A stretch of 64,000 nt of DNA, taken from the IMG/VR virus record IMGVR_UViG_3300022934_000004; one strand, given 5' to 3'. The stretch comes from a virus. The notes below the pieces were generated by a model. That model had not been told where the DNA came from. It worked only from the letters and a program-made list of their open reading frames with translations, and searched no databases. Below are positions 19,146 to 27,293 of this stretch, one piece after another; within the stretch, counting starts at the first letter, position 1; every line of letters starts with the position of its first letter. Made by a program: the position numbers and the translations under genes.

Positions 19146-20328
19146 GTATGCAAGTATAGTTCCACTCATTGGTGGAGAAACAATAGCAATGCAAAATGTA
19201 TTTGGGACAAAACCTGAATATATATTATCATATACGGACTTTGAAGCAAATGACAGCCAACTTCTTAATTATTACGACAATAGCGTTCCTTATTATAAGC
19301 TTGACGTGGGTGGTCTTGCGCCTCATAGTGTCGATGTTGTCAACACTGTTTGCCCTTGCGCTGGCTTGTCTTCCCTTTCTCCTAGCAGCAATGCTGATAG
19401 CAGCACTAATGACTGGATGGTCAAGTCAGCAGAATATGTTTTGGAATCAATTCAGCCAACAGTTTTTTGGGGAGAAAATGCTCCAAGATTAGCAAGCAAA
19501 ATGGGTGAAAAGGTTGTAGCACAACTTCGTCAACTAGCAAGAAAAAATGGTTATACCTTTAGCATTTATAAAACTAAATCTATTTTACATGGACTAAGTC
19601 AAATTAGAGATAGAACTTTCTATTTTTTCTGGAAAGGTAACTCAATTCCAAGATTTAATTTTTATAAAAGACAATATGAAAAAATTGAAGACACTATTCG
19701 TTCTGCTGCAACCAATGAAGCAGATCCAATGTTTGAAACTTTAACAAATAGTAAGACTCCATCTGAAGAACCTTTTTATCAATACGTATTACAAGAAATG
19801 CATGGTGGTATTAGTCATATGGAATTTTTCAATTTAATTGAAAAAACAACCAATCCATTGCATTATATTGAAGACAAAGGTGTTGATTACGAAGATGTAG
19901 CAAAATGGATGGACGATAATGGCCATGAAAATCATGCACGTAAATGTCGTAGGATGGGTGAAAAGCTAAAAGCTGGTGGTAACATTATGAGAAAAACTAC
20001 AGAAGTTGGTAAAAATTATATTGGTGCTTTTGTTGGTCATTTTCCAATGGAACTTACTCATCCAGATCAAGACAGATATTTAAATATTAGAGAAGCTTTG
20101 TCAATTATGAAAATGCCTAAGGATTTTCAATTAGTAGGTGGTCGAAAAAACATTAATATGATTTGTCAAAACGTTCCAGTAACTACTGCACAAGACATGG
20201 CTGAAAATGTAAAAAGATTTTTAAGCGGTGATGCTTGTCTTGTTGAGTCAGATTTCGTAATTCAAGATAATAAATCAGAAACCTTTTGGTCTGAAAAACA
20301 ACCGGCAACATTAGAAGCATTTATGTAA
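19138..20328 (+). CDS. Divergent C5-cytosine DNA methyltransferase-like protein
   Basis: CPCAGLS (motif IV), GENAP (VI), Q.RDRTF (VIII), HP..DRYLNIRE (IX), QNVP (X); atypical motif I SIVPLIGG. Confidence 0.8.
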   Translation: MVKYASIVPLIGGETIAMQNVFGTKPEYILSYTDFEANDSQLLNYYDNSVPYYKLDVGGLAPHSVDVVNTVCPCAGLSSLSPSSNADSSTNDWMVKSAEYVLESIQPTVFWGENAPRLASKMGEKVVAQLRQLARKNGYTFSIYKTKSILHGLSQIRDRTFYFFWKGNSIPRFNFYKRQYEKIEDTIRSAATNEADPMFETLTNSKTPSEEPFYQYVLQEMHGGISHMEFFNLIEKTTNPLHYIEDKGVDYEDVAKWMDDNGHENHARKCRRMGEKLKAGGNIMRKTTEVGKNYIGAFVGHFPMELTHPDQDRYLNIREALSIMKMPKDFQLVGGRKNINMICQNVPVTTAQDMAENVKRFLSGDACLVESDFVIQDNKSETFWSEKQPATLEAFM

Positions 20329-20338
20329 GGAGTATCCT

Positions 20339-21391
20339 ATGTCTATTATGGATAAATTAAAAAAGAACTCAAAGTTAAATCATACTGAAGTTCTTGCAGA
20401 ATCAAAATTTTTTACTGAAAAAGATATGGTTCCAACAGACGTTCCAATGGTGAATGTTGCATTATCAGGATCAGTTGACGGTGGGCTAGCACCTGGTCTT
20501 ACTGTTTTAGCTGGCCCTTCAAAACATTTTAAAACATCCTTTGCTCTTTTAATTGCTGGAGCATATATGAAAAAACATCCAGATTCTGTTATGCTTTTTT
20601 ATGATTCAGAATTTGGTTCGCCTCAAAGTTATTTTGAACAATTTGGCGTAGATACAAATAGAGTATTGCACACTCCTATTACAAACGTAGAAGAATTAAA
20701 GTTTGATTTAATTGCACAACTAGAAAATTTGGATAGAGATGATAAAGTTGTAGTAGTTATAGATTCCATTGGCAATCTTGCTTCAAAGAAAGAAATGGAA
20801 GACACTCTCAATGAAAAATCTGTAGCAGATATGTCTCGCGCTAAAGCTCTCAAAGGTTTATTTCGTATGGCAACACCTTATCTTGCTATGAAGAATATTC
20901 CTTTACTTGCAGTAAATCATACATATAAAGAAATTGGATTATTTCCTAGAGATATTGTTGGTGGCGGAACAGGCATTTATTATTCAGCTGACAATATCTG
21001 GATTCTCGGCAGACAACAAGACAAAAAAGGTACCGAGATTCAAGGTTATCATTTTGTTATTAATGTGGAGAAGAGCAGGTATGTTAAAGAAAAGTCTAAA
21101 ATTCCTATTACTGTTTCCTGGGACGGCGGTGTTCGCAATTATTCTGGGTTGCTTGACGTGGCTCTTGTTGGTGGGTACGTTACTAAACCTTCAAATGGCT
21201 GGTATGCAGCGGTTAATATGGAGACAGGTGAAATTGGCCAAAAGGTTAGGCATGATCAAACTTTAGAAAAAGAATTTTGGGATAGCATTTTTGCTAATAC
21301 TAATTTTAAAGAGTTTCTAAAAAAACAATATTCAATTGGATACCAAGATCAAGTATCAATGGATGCTATTGTAGAGGAAGTAATTGAATGA
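20339..21391 (+). CDS. uvsX: RecA-like recombinase UvsX
   Basis: GPSKHFKT, YDSEFG, DSIGNLASKKE, GGTGIYYSAD. Confidence 0.95.
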   Translation: MSIMDKLKKNSKLNHTEVLAESKFFTEKDMVPTDVPMVNVALSGSVDGGLAPGLTVLAGPSKHFKTSFALLIAGAYMKKHPDSVMLFYDSEFGSPQSYFEQFGVDTNRVLHTPITNVEELKFDLIAQLENLDRDDKVVVVIDSIGNLASKKEMEDTLNEKSVADMSRAKALKGLFRMATPYLAMKNIPLLAVNHTYKEIGLFPRDIVGGGTGIYYSADNIWILGRQQDKKGTEIQGYHFVINVEKSRYVKEKSKIPITVSWDGGVRNYSGLLDVALVGGYVTKPSNGWYAAVNMETGEIGQKVRHDQTLEKEFWDSIFANTNFKEFLKKQYSIGYQDQVSMDAIVEEVIE

Positions 21392-21675
21392 ACCATAAAG
21401 AAAATATTGATTATGAATTGATTCCATCATCTACAGATGATAATCATTGGAATGTGAGATTTTTAACAGGAGATTATATTGAAACTGTAATTGCCTATGG
21501 TAAAATCGCACTGGAAGGTGATGGACTCGATGAAACAGATACTAGGATGACATTTAACTTAGAAATTGTTGAAACACCAGATCAAGATTTAACAGAAGAC
21601 AATGAAGAGTTTCAACGTTATGCTGGTGACATATTAATATCAATTATTTCTGAATCACTTGAAGGATACAAATGA
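21388..21675 (+). CDS. Acidic hypothetical protein between uvsX and 41
   Basis: ORF with overlapping start/stop; occupies the position of T4 gene 40. Confidence 0.5.
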   Translation: MNHKENIDYELIPSSTDDNHWNVRFLTGDYIETVIAYGKIALEGDGLDETDTRMTFNLEIVETPDQDLTEDNEEFQRYAGDILISIISESLEGYK

Positions 21676-23039
21676 ATTCCATTGAACAAACTATAATTAA
21701 AAACATTATTACTAATGAAACGTTTATGAGAAAAGTCTTGCCTTTTATTAAGCCAGACTATTTTGAAGGTACGTATCAAAAAATATTTAAAGAAGTCGCA
21801 AAGTTTGTTGCTAAATATAATAAGATTCCAAATGAAGAATCATTTAAAATTGAAATTGAACAAAGCGAATCATTTACTGAAGAGCAATATCGACATGCTA
21901 TAGAAATCATCCCGCAATTATTTGATAAAGAAGAAAGCGATCAACAATGGCTTTATGATACTGCAGAAAAATGGTGTCAAGATCGTGCACTATATAACGC
22001 TATCATGGAATCAATAACTATTATTGATGGCAAACACCAAAGTTTATCTAAGAATGCTTTACCAGATATTCTAACCAAAGCATTAGGTGTTTCTTTTGAT
22101 ACGAATATTGGACATGATTATATAGAAAATTCTGATGAACGATATGAGTTTTACCACCGCGATGAAGAAAGACTTCCATTTGACCTTGACTTCTTTAATA
22201 AAATCACTAAAGGTGGTTTACCAAATAAAACACTTAATATTTGTCTTGCAGGCACTGGTGTTGGTAAGTCTTTGTTTATGTGTCATTGTGCTGCTGCGAA
22301 TTTAGCAGATAATAAAAACGTGCTATATCTTACTATGGAAATGGCTGAAGAAAGAATTGCTGAACGTATTGATGCTAATCTTCTCGATATACCAATTGAT
22401 CAAATTCCAAATTTAAGTAAGTCAATGTATGCCGATAGAGTGACAACATTATCTAAAAAGACAAGTGGTAAACTAATTATAAAAGAGTATCCAACAGGTC
22501 AGGCCAATGCAGCACACTTCCGTGCCTTGCTCAATGAGCTTAAGTTAAAACGATCATTTGAACCTGATATTATATACATTGATTATTTAAATATTTGTGC
22601 ATCAAGTAGAATGAAAGGAATGGGCGGTGCAATTAATTCATACAACTACATTAAAGCAATCGCTGAAGAAATACGTGGCCTTGCGGTCGAGTTCGACGTT
22701 CCGATCGTCTCTGCAACGCAAACGACTCGTTCTGGTTATTCTAACACAGATGTTGGGCTTGAAGATACGTCCGAATCTTTTGGATTACCCGCAACCGCAG
22801 ACCTCATGTTCGCACTCATCTCAACAGAAGAACTAGAAGGTATGGGTCAACTTGCAGTTAAACAATTAAAGAATAGATATAATGATCCAACATATAAAAA
22901 ACGTTTTGTGATTGGTGTAGATCGATCTAAAATGAAATTATATGATGTGGATGATAAAGAACAAACTTTAATAGATGATACGCCTACATTTGATAAAACA
23001 GATGTTGGAAATAAATTTGCTGATTTTAAATTAAACTAG
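21672..23039 (+). CDS. 41: Replicative DnaB-like helicase (T4 gp41)
   Basis: AGTGVGKS, EMAEERIAERIDAN, IDYLNIC, SESFGLPATAD, QLKNRY. Confidence 0.96.
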   Translation: MNSIEQTIIKNIITNETFMRKVLPFIKPDYFEGTYQKIFKEVAKFVAKYNKIPNEESFKIEIEQSESFTEEQYRHAIEIIPQLFDKEESDQQWLYDTAEKWCQDRALYNAIMESITIIDGKHQSLSKNALPDILTKALGVSFDTNIGHDYIENSDERYEFYHRDEERLPFDLDFFNKITKGGLPNKTLNICLAGTGVGKSLFMCHCAAANLADNKNVLYLTMEMAEERIAERIDANLLDIPIDQIPNLSKSMYADRVTTLSKKTSGKLIIKEYPTGQANAAHFRALLNELKLKRSFEPDIIYIDYLNICASSRMKGMGGAINSYNYIKAIAEEIRGLAVEFDVPIVSATQTTRSGYSNTDVGLEDTSESFGLPATADLMFALISTEELEGMGQLAVKQLKNRYNDPTYKKRFVIGVDRSKMKLYDVDDKEQTLIDDTPTFDKTDVGNKFADFKLN

Positions 23040-23048
23040 GAGAACTAA

Positions 23049-23735
23049 ATGCATGCACGTCTCATATCCTATAGCCAACCCTCAGGTCGTATCCACGCAG
23101 GAGAACTTGGTTACGCGGGGCTTGATAACATCCAAGACCTCGTCGCCTATTGCGCCCGTGTCTCCAATCCACAAAACCAAGCTAACACCAAAACAACAAC
23201 AAAGCTACTTAAATATCTCATCAAGCACAAGCACTGGTCACCATTCGAAATGGCAAGCGCCTGCCTCGAAGTCGAAACCACAAGAGACATTGCCCGACAA
23301 TTCCTTCGACACCGCTCCTTTTCCTTTCAAGAGTTTTCTCAGCGGTATGCTGACATCCGCGATCTTAATGACAATTTTATTTTAAGAGAAGCACGATTAC
23401 AAGACACTAAAAATCGTCAAAATAGTATAAGTATTAATGATAAAGAATTACAAATGCAATGGGAAGGATACCAACAGAGTGTTATCAATCAAGCAAAAGC
23501 AGCATACGAATGGGCAATTGAAAACGGGATTGCCAAGGAACAAGCCAGGGCTGTTTTGCCGGAAGGAAACACAGTCTCTCGTCTTTATGTTAATGGCACC
23601 ATTCGTTCTTGGATACATTACATTGATTTGCGCACGGCAAATGGGACACAAATGGAACATATCGAATTGGCAAAAGAAATAGCAAAAGCAATATCTGCAA
23701 TTTATCCTAGTATAATGGAGATCTTAGATGGGTAA
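23049..23735 (+). CDS. thyX: Flavin-dependent thymidylate synthase
   Basis: HWSPFE, RHRSFSFQEFSQRY, EQARAVLP. Confidence 0.95.
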   Translation: MHARLISYSQPSGRIHAGELGYAGLDNIQDLVAYCARVSNPQNQANTKTTTKLLKYLIKHKHWSPFEMASACLEVETTRDIARQFLRHRSFSFQEFSQRYADIRDLNDNFILREARLQDTKNRQNSISINDKELQMQWEGYQQSVINQAKAAYEWAIENGIAKEQARAVLPEGNTVSRLYVNGTIRSWIHYIDLRTANGTQMEHIELAKEIAKAISAIYPSIMEILDG

Positions 23736-23946
23736 AAAATTATCAACATGGTATTCACAACTTAATGATGATTATTGTGAAGTTCATTTTGATTATAAAG
23801 AAGAATATGCTTATATTAAATACTTTAATTCAGGCGGAAAAATTTTTTTTACAGAAGATTTTAAAGGTAAATCAATTCATTATGTAAATGATGCCGCTGA
23901 TAATTGGACAACAGGTATAAAAAAACTTGATAAAAAACGTAAGTAG
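23728..23946 (+). CDS. Hypothetical protein
   Basis: ORF overlapping the thyX stop. Confidence 0.55.
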   Translation: MGKKLSTWYSQLNDDYCEVHFDYKEEYAYIKYFNSGGKIFFTEDFKGKSIHYVNDAADNWTTGIKKLDKKRK

Positions 23947-23999
23947 TTGATTTCTAAAGAAACAAAAAGGTTTACAATCGTTATTTTCTGTGGTAGAAT
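23932..23999 (+). promoter_or_regulatory. Early promoter with upstream IHF-consensus box
   Basis: TAAGTAGTTGATT at 23940-23952 (reverse complement AATCAActacTTA = WATCAAN4TTR); TTTACA(23971)-17-TAGAAT. Confidence 0.75.
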
Positions 24000-24024
24000 A
24001 TACTATAAAAAATGAGGCAGTAAA

Positions 24025-24513
24025 ATGAAACTATCAAGCTTACTTTCTGGTGCTGTTAATTGTGCTATCGTTATTTCAATTGCAACACTAGCATCCGCTC
24101 GCGCAGCTGATGTAGAAAAATTTGTTAAATCATTTTCTGATGATGACAGATATTGCATACAGCAGAATGTTTATTTTGAAGCACGCAATGAAAGCATGTT
24201 AGGTCAAGCTTCTGTAGCATGGGTCACTCTAAATAGATGGAAGTCTGAAAAATTTCCCAATGACGTATGTGATGTTGTATGGCAAAGAAAACAATTTAGC
24301 TGGACGCATGATGGTAAATCAGATCGTCCTAAAGAAATAGAAGCATGGGAACGTGCTGGTCGTGTTGTAAAAATGGTATTAGAAGATTATGCATGGGGAA
24401 GAGAAGATCCGACTGCTGGAGCAACTCACTATCATGCAACATATGTAAAACCATATTGGGTTGCATCGCTATCAGAAATTAAGAAAATTGGTACACATAT
24501 TTTCTATAAATAA
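24025..24513 (+). CDS. SleB/Hydrolase_2 cell-wall hydrolase with signal sequence
   Basis: YFEARNE, VAWVTLNR, QFSW, GATHYHA.YV.P.W, IG.HIFY. Confidence 0.9.
   Translation: MKLSSLLSGAVNCAIVISIATLASARAADVEKFVKSFSDDDRYCIQQNVYFEARNESMLGQASVAWVTLNRWKSEKFPNDVCDVVWQRKQFSWTHDGKSDRPKEIEAWERAGRVVKMVLEDYAWGREDPTAGATHYHATYVKPYWVASLSEIKKIGTHIFYK
24505..24512 (+). promoter_or_regulatory. T4-type late promoter
   Basis: TATAAATA just upstream of the 24519 ORF. Confidence 0.55.
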
Positions 24514-24518
24514 TTTAT

Positions 24519-24722
24519 ATGGAGTACTTATATGTTACACCCTGTATCGGTGTTTGTCGAATTGATAAAGAAACAAAGAAATGTCATGGGTGTGACAGAA
24601 CCATTGAGCAAATATCTCAGTGGATTAATTATTCACATGAGCAAAGAATGAAAATAATGAAGGAACTTGGTTATGGAAAACGGAGACTCAAGCGTAGGTC
24701 TAGGACAAACAATAACAATTGA
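24519..24722 (+). CDS. DUF1289-like Cys-rich small protein
   Basis: TPCIGVC...C.GC.RT.E.I..W. Confidence 0.75.
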   Translation: MEYLYVTPCIGVCRIDKETKKCHGCDRTIEQISQWINYSHEQRMKIMKELGYGKRRLKRRSRTNNNN

Positions 24723-25059
24723 TACGTCAGATTTTGAAGACTATAAAGATTGGGGACCTACTCTTACATTTGTTAGTGAAAGCACCGATTACAAGTTTAA
24801 TGAAGGTGCTCTTATTGAAGAATTTAAAAAATACATTGACTCAACTTATGATGCTCATTATGCTAAAGATAAATTTCAAGCTACAGAATTTATTATAGAT
24901 GGTGGACATGGTACTGGATTTTGTATGGGTAATGTATTAAAATATGCTCAGCGCTACGGTAAAAAAGGTACTGCCGCTGATGCAAGAAAGGATCTTTTGA
25001 AGGTATTACATTATGCCCTCATCCAACTCTACATACACGATACGGAAGTACAAGAATAG
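24673..25059 (+). CDS. DUF3310-like protein
   Basis: HY...GFCMGNVLKYAQRYGKK...DLLK..HY. Confidence 0.7.
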   Translation: MENGDSSVGLGQTITIDTSDFEDYKDWGPTLTFVSESTDYKFNEGALIEEFKKYIDSTYDAHYAKDKFQATEFIIDGGHGTGFCMGNVLKYAQRYGKKGTAADARKDLLKVLHYALIQLYIHDTEVQE

Positions 25060-25137
25060 TTCAAAATACGTTGCCTATGATGATAGTACTGGCAAAGTGA
25101 TAATTATATCACAGTATAAAAAAATAATTTTTAGCCA

Positions 25138-25166
25138 TTTACAATCCTTGGGATATGTGGTTAAAT
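25138..25166 (+). promoter_or_regulatory. Putative promoter of the tmRNA precursor
   Basis: TTTACA-17-TTAAAT with TGTGG extension. Confidence 0.5.
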
Positions 25167-25171
25167 AAACA

Positions 25172-25470
25172 AGTAGATGTTAGAGGGTATTCAGGACCGC
25201 GGGGCGGTACCGCGCAGCTCCACCATAAACACTTGGAGAATGAAATGAGTGATATAGTTACATATTTGTCATTGAGACTTGTACAGTACGGATTGGTAAT
25301 TGTACTATTTGGAAGTTTATTAGAAGTGTTTTTGATGGGGCTGAAATAGGATCGACTGGTATTTGAGTCTACGAAAATCAAATGCAAACGATAACTTTGC
25401 ACCATCTGGTTACGCTCTAGCAGCATAACACAGGGGGTTGGCCACTTACCTAGCAACAGAAAAGTGGTGA
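25172..25470 (+). ncRNA. ssrA: Circularly permuted two-piece tmRNA (alphaproteobacterial type); acceptor piece ~25172-25225, intervening segment 25226-25336, coding piece 25337-~25470; tag ANDNFAPSGYALAA*
   Basis: T-arm CGCGG-GGCGGTA-CCGCG followed by CAGCTCC-ACCA (25198-25225) lies upstream of the 5' strand GGGGCTG (25337), pairing with G3.U70; resume codon GCA at 25384, stop at 25426-25428; outer ends approximate. Confidence 0.93.
25245..25349 (+). CDS. Putative 34-aa hydrophobic peptide encoded in the tmRNA intervening segment
   Basis: GGAG RBS at 25235-25238, ATG at 25245; MSDIVTYLSLRLVQYGLVIVLFGSLLEVFLMGLK. Confidence 0.4.
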   Translation: MSDIVTYLSLRLVQYGLVIVLFGSLLEVFLMGLK

Positions 25471-25499
25471 ATTCGCACAGAAATAGTAAAGGAAGAAAA

Positions 25500-25880
25500 A
25501 TGAAAATTGCAGCATTAGCCGCAGTATCGGCAATTACGTTAGCTGCTTGCGCAGCAGAAGAAGCAGAAGCAGCTGACATCGGTGTACTAGGACAAACGTT
25601 GTCTATTGGAGCTACAGTAGATACAAACTATGAAACCGGCGTCGAAGAATGGTCAATGGAATTTGAACCACACGCTGGTTGGAAAGCATGGGGAACTGAT
25701 TTTAAAGTATCTAGTACTTTTGATGTTTTAGAGCTAAATAGTGGCGACGACATCTTTGAAGGATTAGATTTTGAAGTTGGTTATCAGCTTTTTGATGGAC
25801 TCCGTGCTTATGGGGAAGTTAGCACTGATGCAGATTTAGAGTTTGGTAACACCACTGTAGGGGTTGCATTCTCATTCTAA
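25500..25880 (+). CDS. Small outer-membrane beta-barrel/porin-like protein
   Basis: Ala-rich signal peptide, alternating beta-strand pattern, C-terminal VGVAFSF (BAM signal). Confidence 0.7.
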   Translation: MKIAALAAVSAITLAACAAEEAEAADIGVLGQTLSIGATVDTNYETGVEEWSMEFEPHAGWKAWGTDFKVSSTFDVLELNSGDDIFEGLDFEVGYQLFDGLRAYGEVSTDADLEFGNTTVGVAFSF

Positions 25881-25946
25881 TATAAATATTAGTATCGGGT
25901 CGTTCCGTAATGAACGCGCAGGGGGCCACGGTTAGCTCCCTTTTTT
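25881..25946 (+). ncRNA. Late promoter plus a two-hairpin element ending in a U-tract (terminator or small RNA)
   Basis: TATAAATA at 25881; CGTTC/GAACG and GGGGG/CTCCC stems; TTTTTT. Confidence 0.45.
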
Positions 25947-25962
25947 ATTTTAGGAGACAGTC

Positions 25963-26190
25963 ATGTTATGGACAGCAGCAATCTTACTTTGTATACCAGA
26001 TATAGAACCAAGTTTTGAAACTTGCAATGTGCTATTTAATTCGAAATTTAAATATAGTACAGAAGTACAATGTTACGAAGCTCTAGCTAGACAAATGAAT
26101 TTTATGATAGAAAATAATCAATTGTATGGCCATGAATTTGTTGAAGCAAAATGTACTGTTTGGGGTGCTTCGAAGGACGGTGAAGTATAA
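25963..26190 (+). CDS. Small signal-anchored Cys-containing protein (dispersed family)
   Basis: MLWTAAILLC...YSTEVQC...AKC. Confidence 0.55.
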   Translation: MLWTAAILLCIPDIEPSFETCNVLFNSKFKYSTEVQCYEALARQMNFMIENNQLYGHEFVEAKCTVWGASKDGEV

Positions 26191-26272
26191 ATAGATAAAA
26201 GGTGGTAATTACTTGAATACTTTGTTATTATCTGTAATTTAAGATAAATGAAACGATATAACGAGGTGTTTA

Positions 26273-26740
26273 ATGATAGACCCTATAAGCGCCGTAGGTG
26301 TAGCGACTGCTGCCTTTAATGGAATTAAGCAAGCGGTTGCTCTTGGTAAAGATATACAAGATATGTCAGGTCAACTTGGCCAATGGTCAAAAGCAATTTC
26401 TGATATTAATTTTGCAGCAGAGCAAGATAAAAAACCTCCTTGGTGGAAAAAGCTAGGAGGTGGTCATCAGGCAAATGCTGTTGAATCATGGATGCAAAAG
26501 AAAAAAGTAGATGAGATGCGTGAAGAACTCCGCAGCTATATTTCTTTATACTATGGTCCATCTGCATGGAAAGAAATTGTTCACATTGAAACCCAAATGC
26601 GTAAAGAACAAAAAGAAAGAGAATACGCAGCAATCGAACGTAAACAAGCAATAATGGAATGGCTTGTTGGAATTGGCTTATTTGTTACTTCAGTCGCGAT
26701 AATGGTAGGGTTTGTTTGGATTTTTAATCAGGCGCCATAA
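26273..26740 (+). CDS. Membrane-anchored hypothetical protein
   Basis: MIDPISA...; C-terminal TM; late promoter TATAAATA at 26186. Confidence 0.6.
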   Translation: MIDPISAVGVATAAFNGIKQAVALGKDIQDMSGQLGQWSKAISDINFAAEQDKKPPWWKKLGGGHQANAVESWMQKKKVDEMREELRSYISLYYGPSAWKEIVHIETQMRKEQKEREYAAIERKQAIMEWLVGIGLFVTSVAIMVGFVWIFNQAP

Positions 26741-26741
26741 T

Positions 26742-27107
26742 ATGTGGAATAAATTTAAAAAATGGATTACAATAGACCATTGCGTTGATTTATTTGTAGA
26801 TATTATTTTAATCATTTGGGATGTTATTACTAGCCCTATACTCATAGTTATGAGAATATTAAGATGGGTATTAAGTGATTGGTTAACTGCAACCTTAAAG
26901 AAATGGGCTCGATGGATAGCTCATTGGTTTGAACATAAAGCTGAATTAAGAAAAGAAAAAGGAATAAGTTTTATAAGAGCATATTGGTGGGCATTTGTTT
27001 TTGCCCCTTTTCTTTTCTTAATGCTTCTTTTTGCGGGTGCTATATTATTTGGATTAGCTGAAGGAATAGGATATATATTAGACGACATAGAAAATATGTT
27101 AAAATAG
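26742..27107 (+). CDS. Membrane protein
   Basis: Trp-rich with two hydrophobic segments. Confidence 0.55.
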   Translation: MWNKFKKWITIDHCVDLFVDIILIIWDVITSPILIVMRILRWVLSDWLTATLKKWARWIAHWFEHKAELRKEKGISFIRAYWWAFVFAPFLFLMLLFAGAILFGLAEGIGYILDDIENMLK

Positions 27108-27117
27108 AGGTTATAGT

Positions 27118-27291
27118 ATGTGGGTACTCGTATGGCTAGCTTTGACTAGCTCACAAGAGATGAAGACTTATCATTTAGGAAACTATACTGATAAAGATTC
27201 ATGTGTAAAAGCAATGAGCAAAGCTTCAGTGCTTATTACAGACAAAAATCAAACCCTAGACTGTTTTTGGGTTAAACTATCGGAGGAATAA
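27118..27291 (+). CDS. Small signal-anchored two-Cys protein (dispersed family), not in ORF track
   Basis: GAGG RBS; MWVLVWLAL...YTDKDSC...LDC. Confidence 0.6.
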   Translation: MWVLVWLALTSSQEMKTYHLGNYTDKDSCVKAMSKASVLITDKNQTLDCFWVKLSEE

Positions 27292-27293
27292 CC

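Noticed and set aside
25139-25579. 146-aa minus-strand ORF, and the 25155 start of the plus-strand ORF
   Set aside because: The minus-strand ORF is a shadow of the tmRNA and porin genes; only the RBS-supported 25245 start was kept, tentatively
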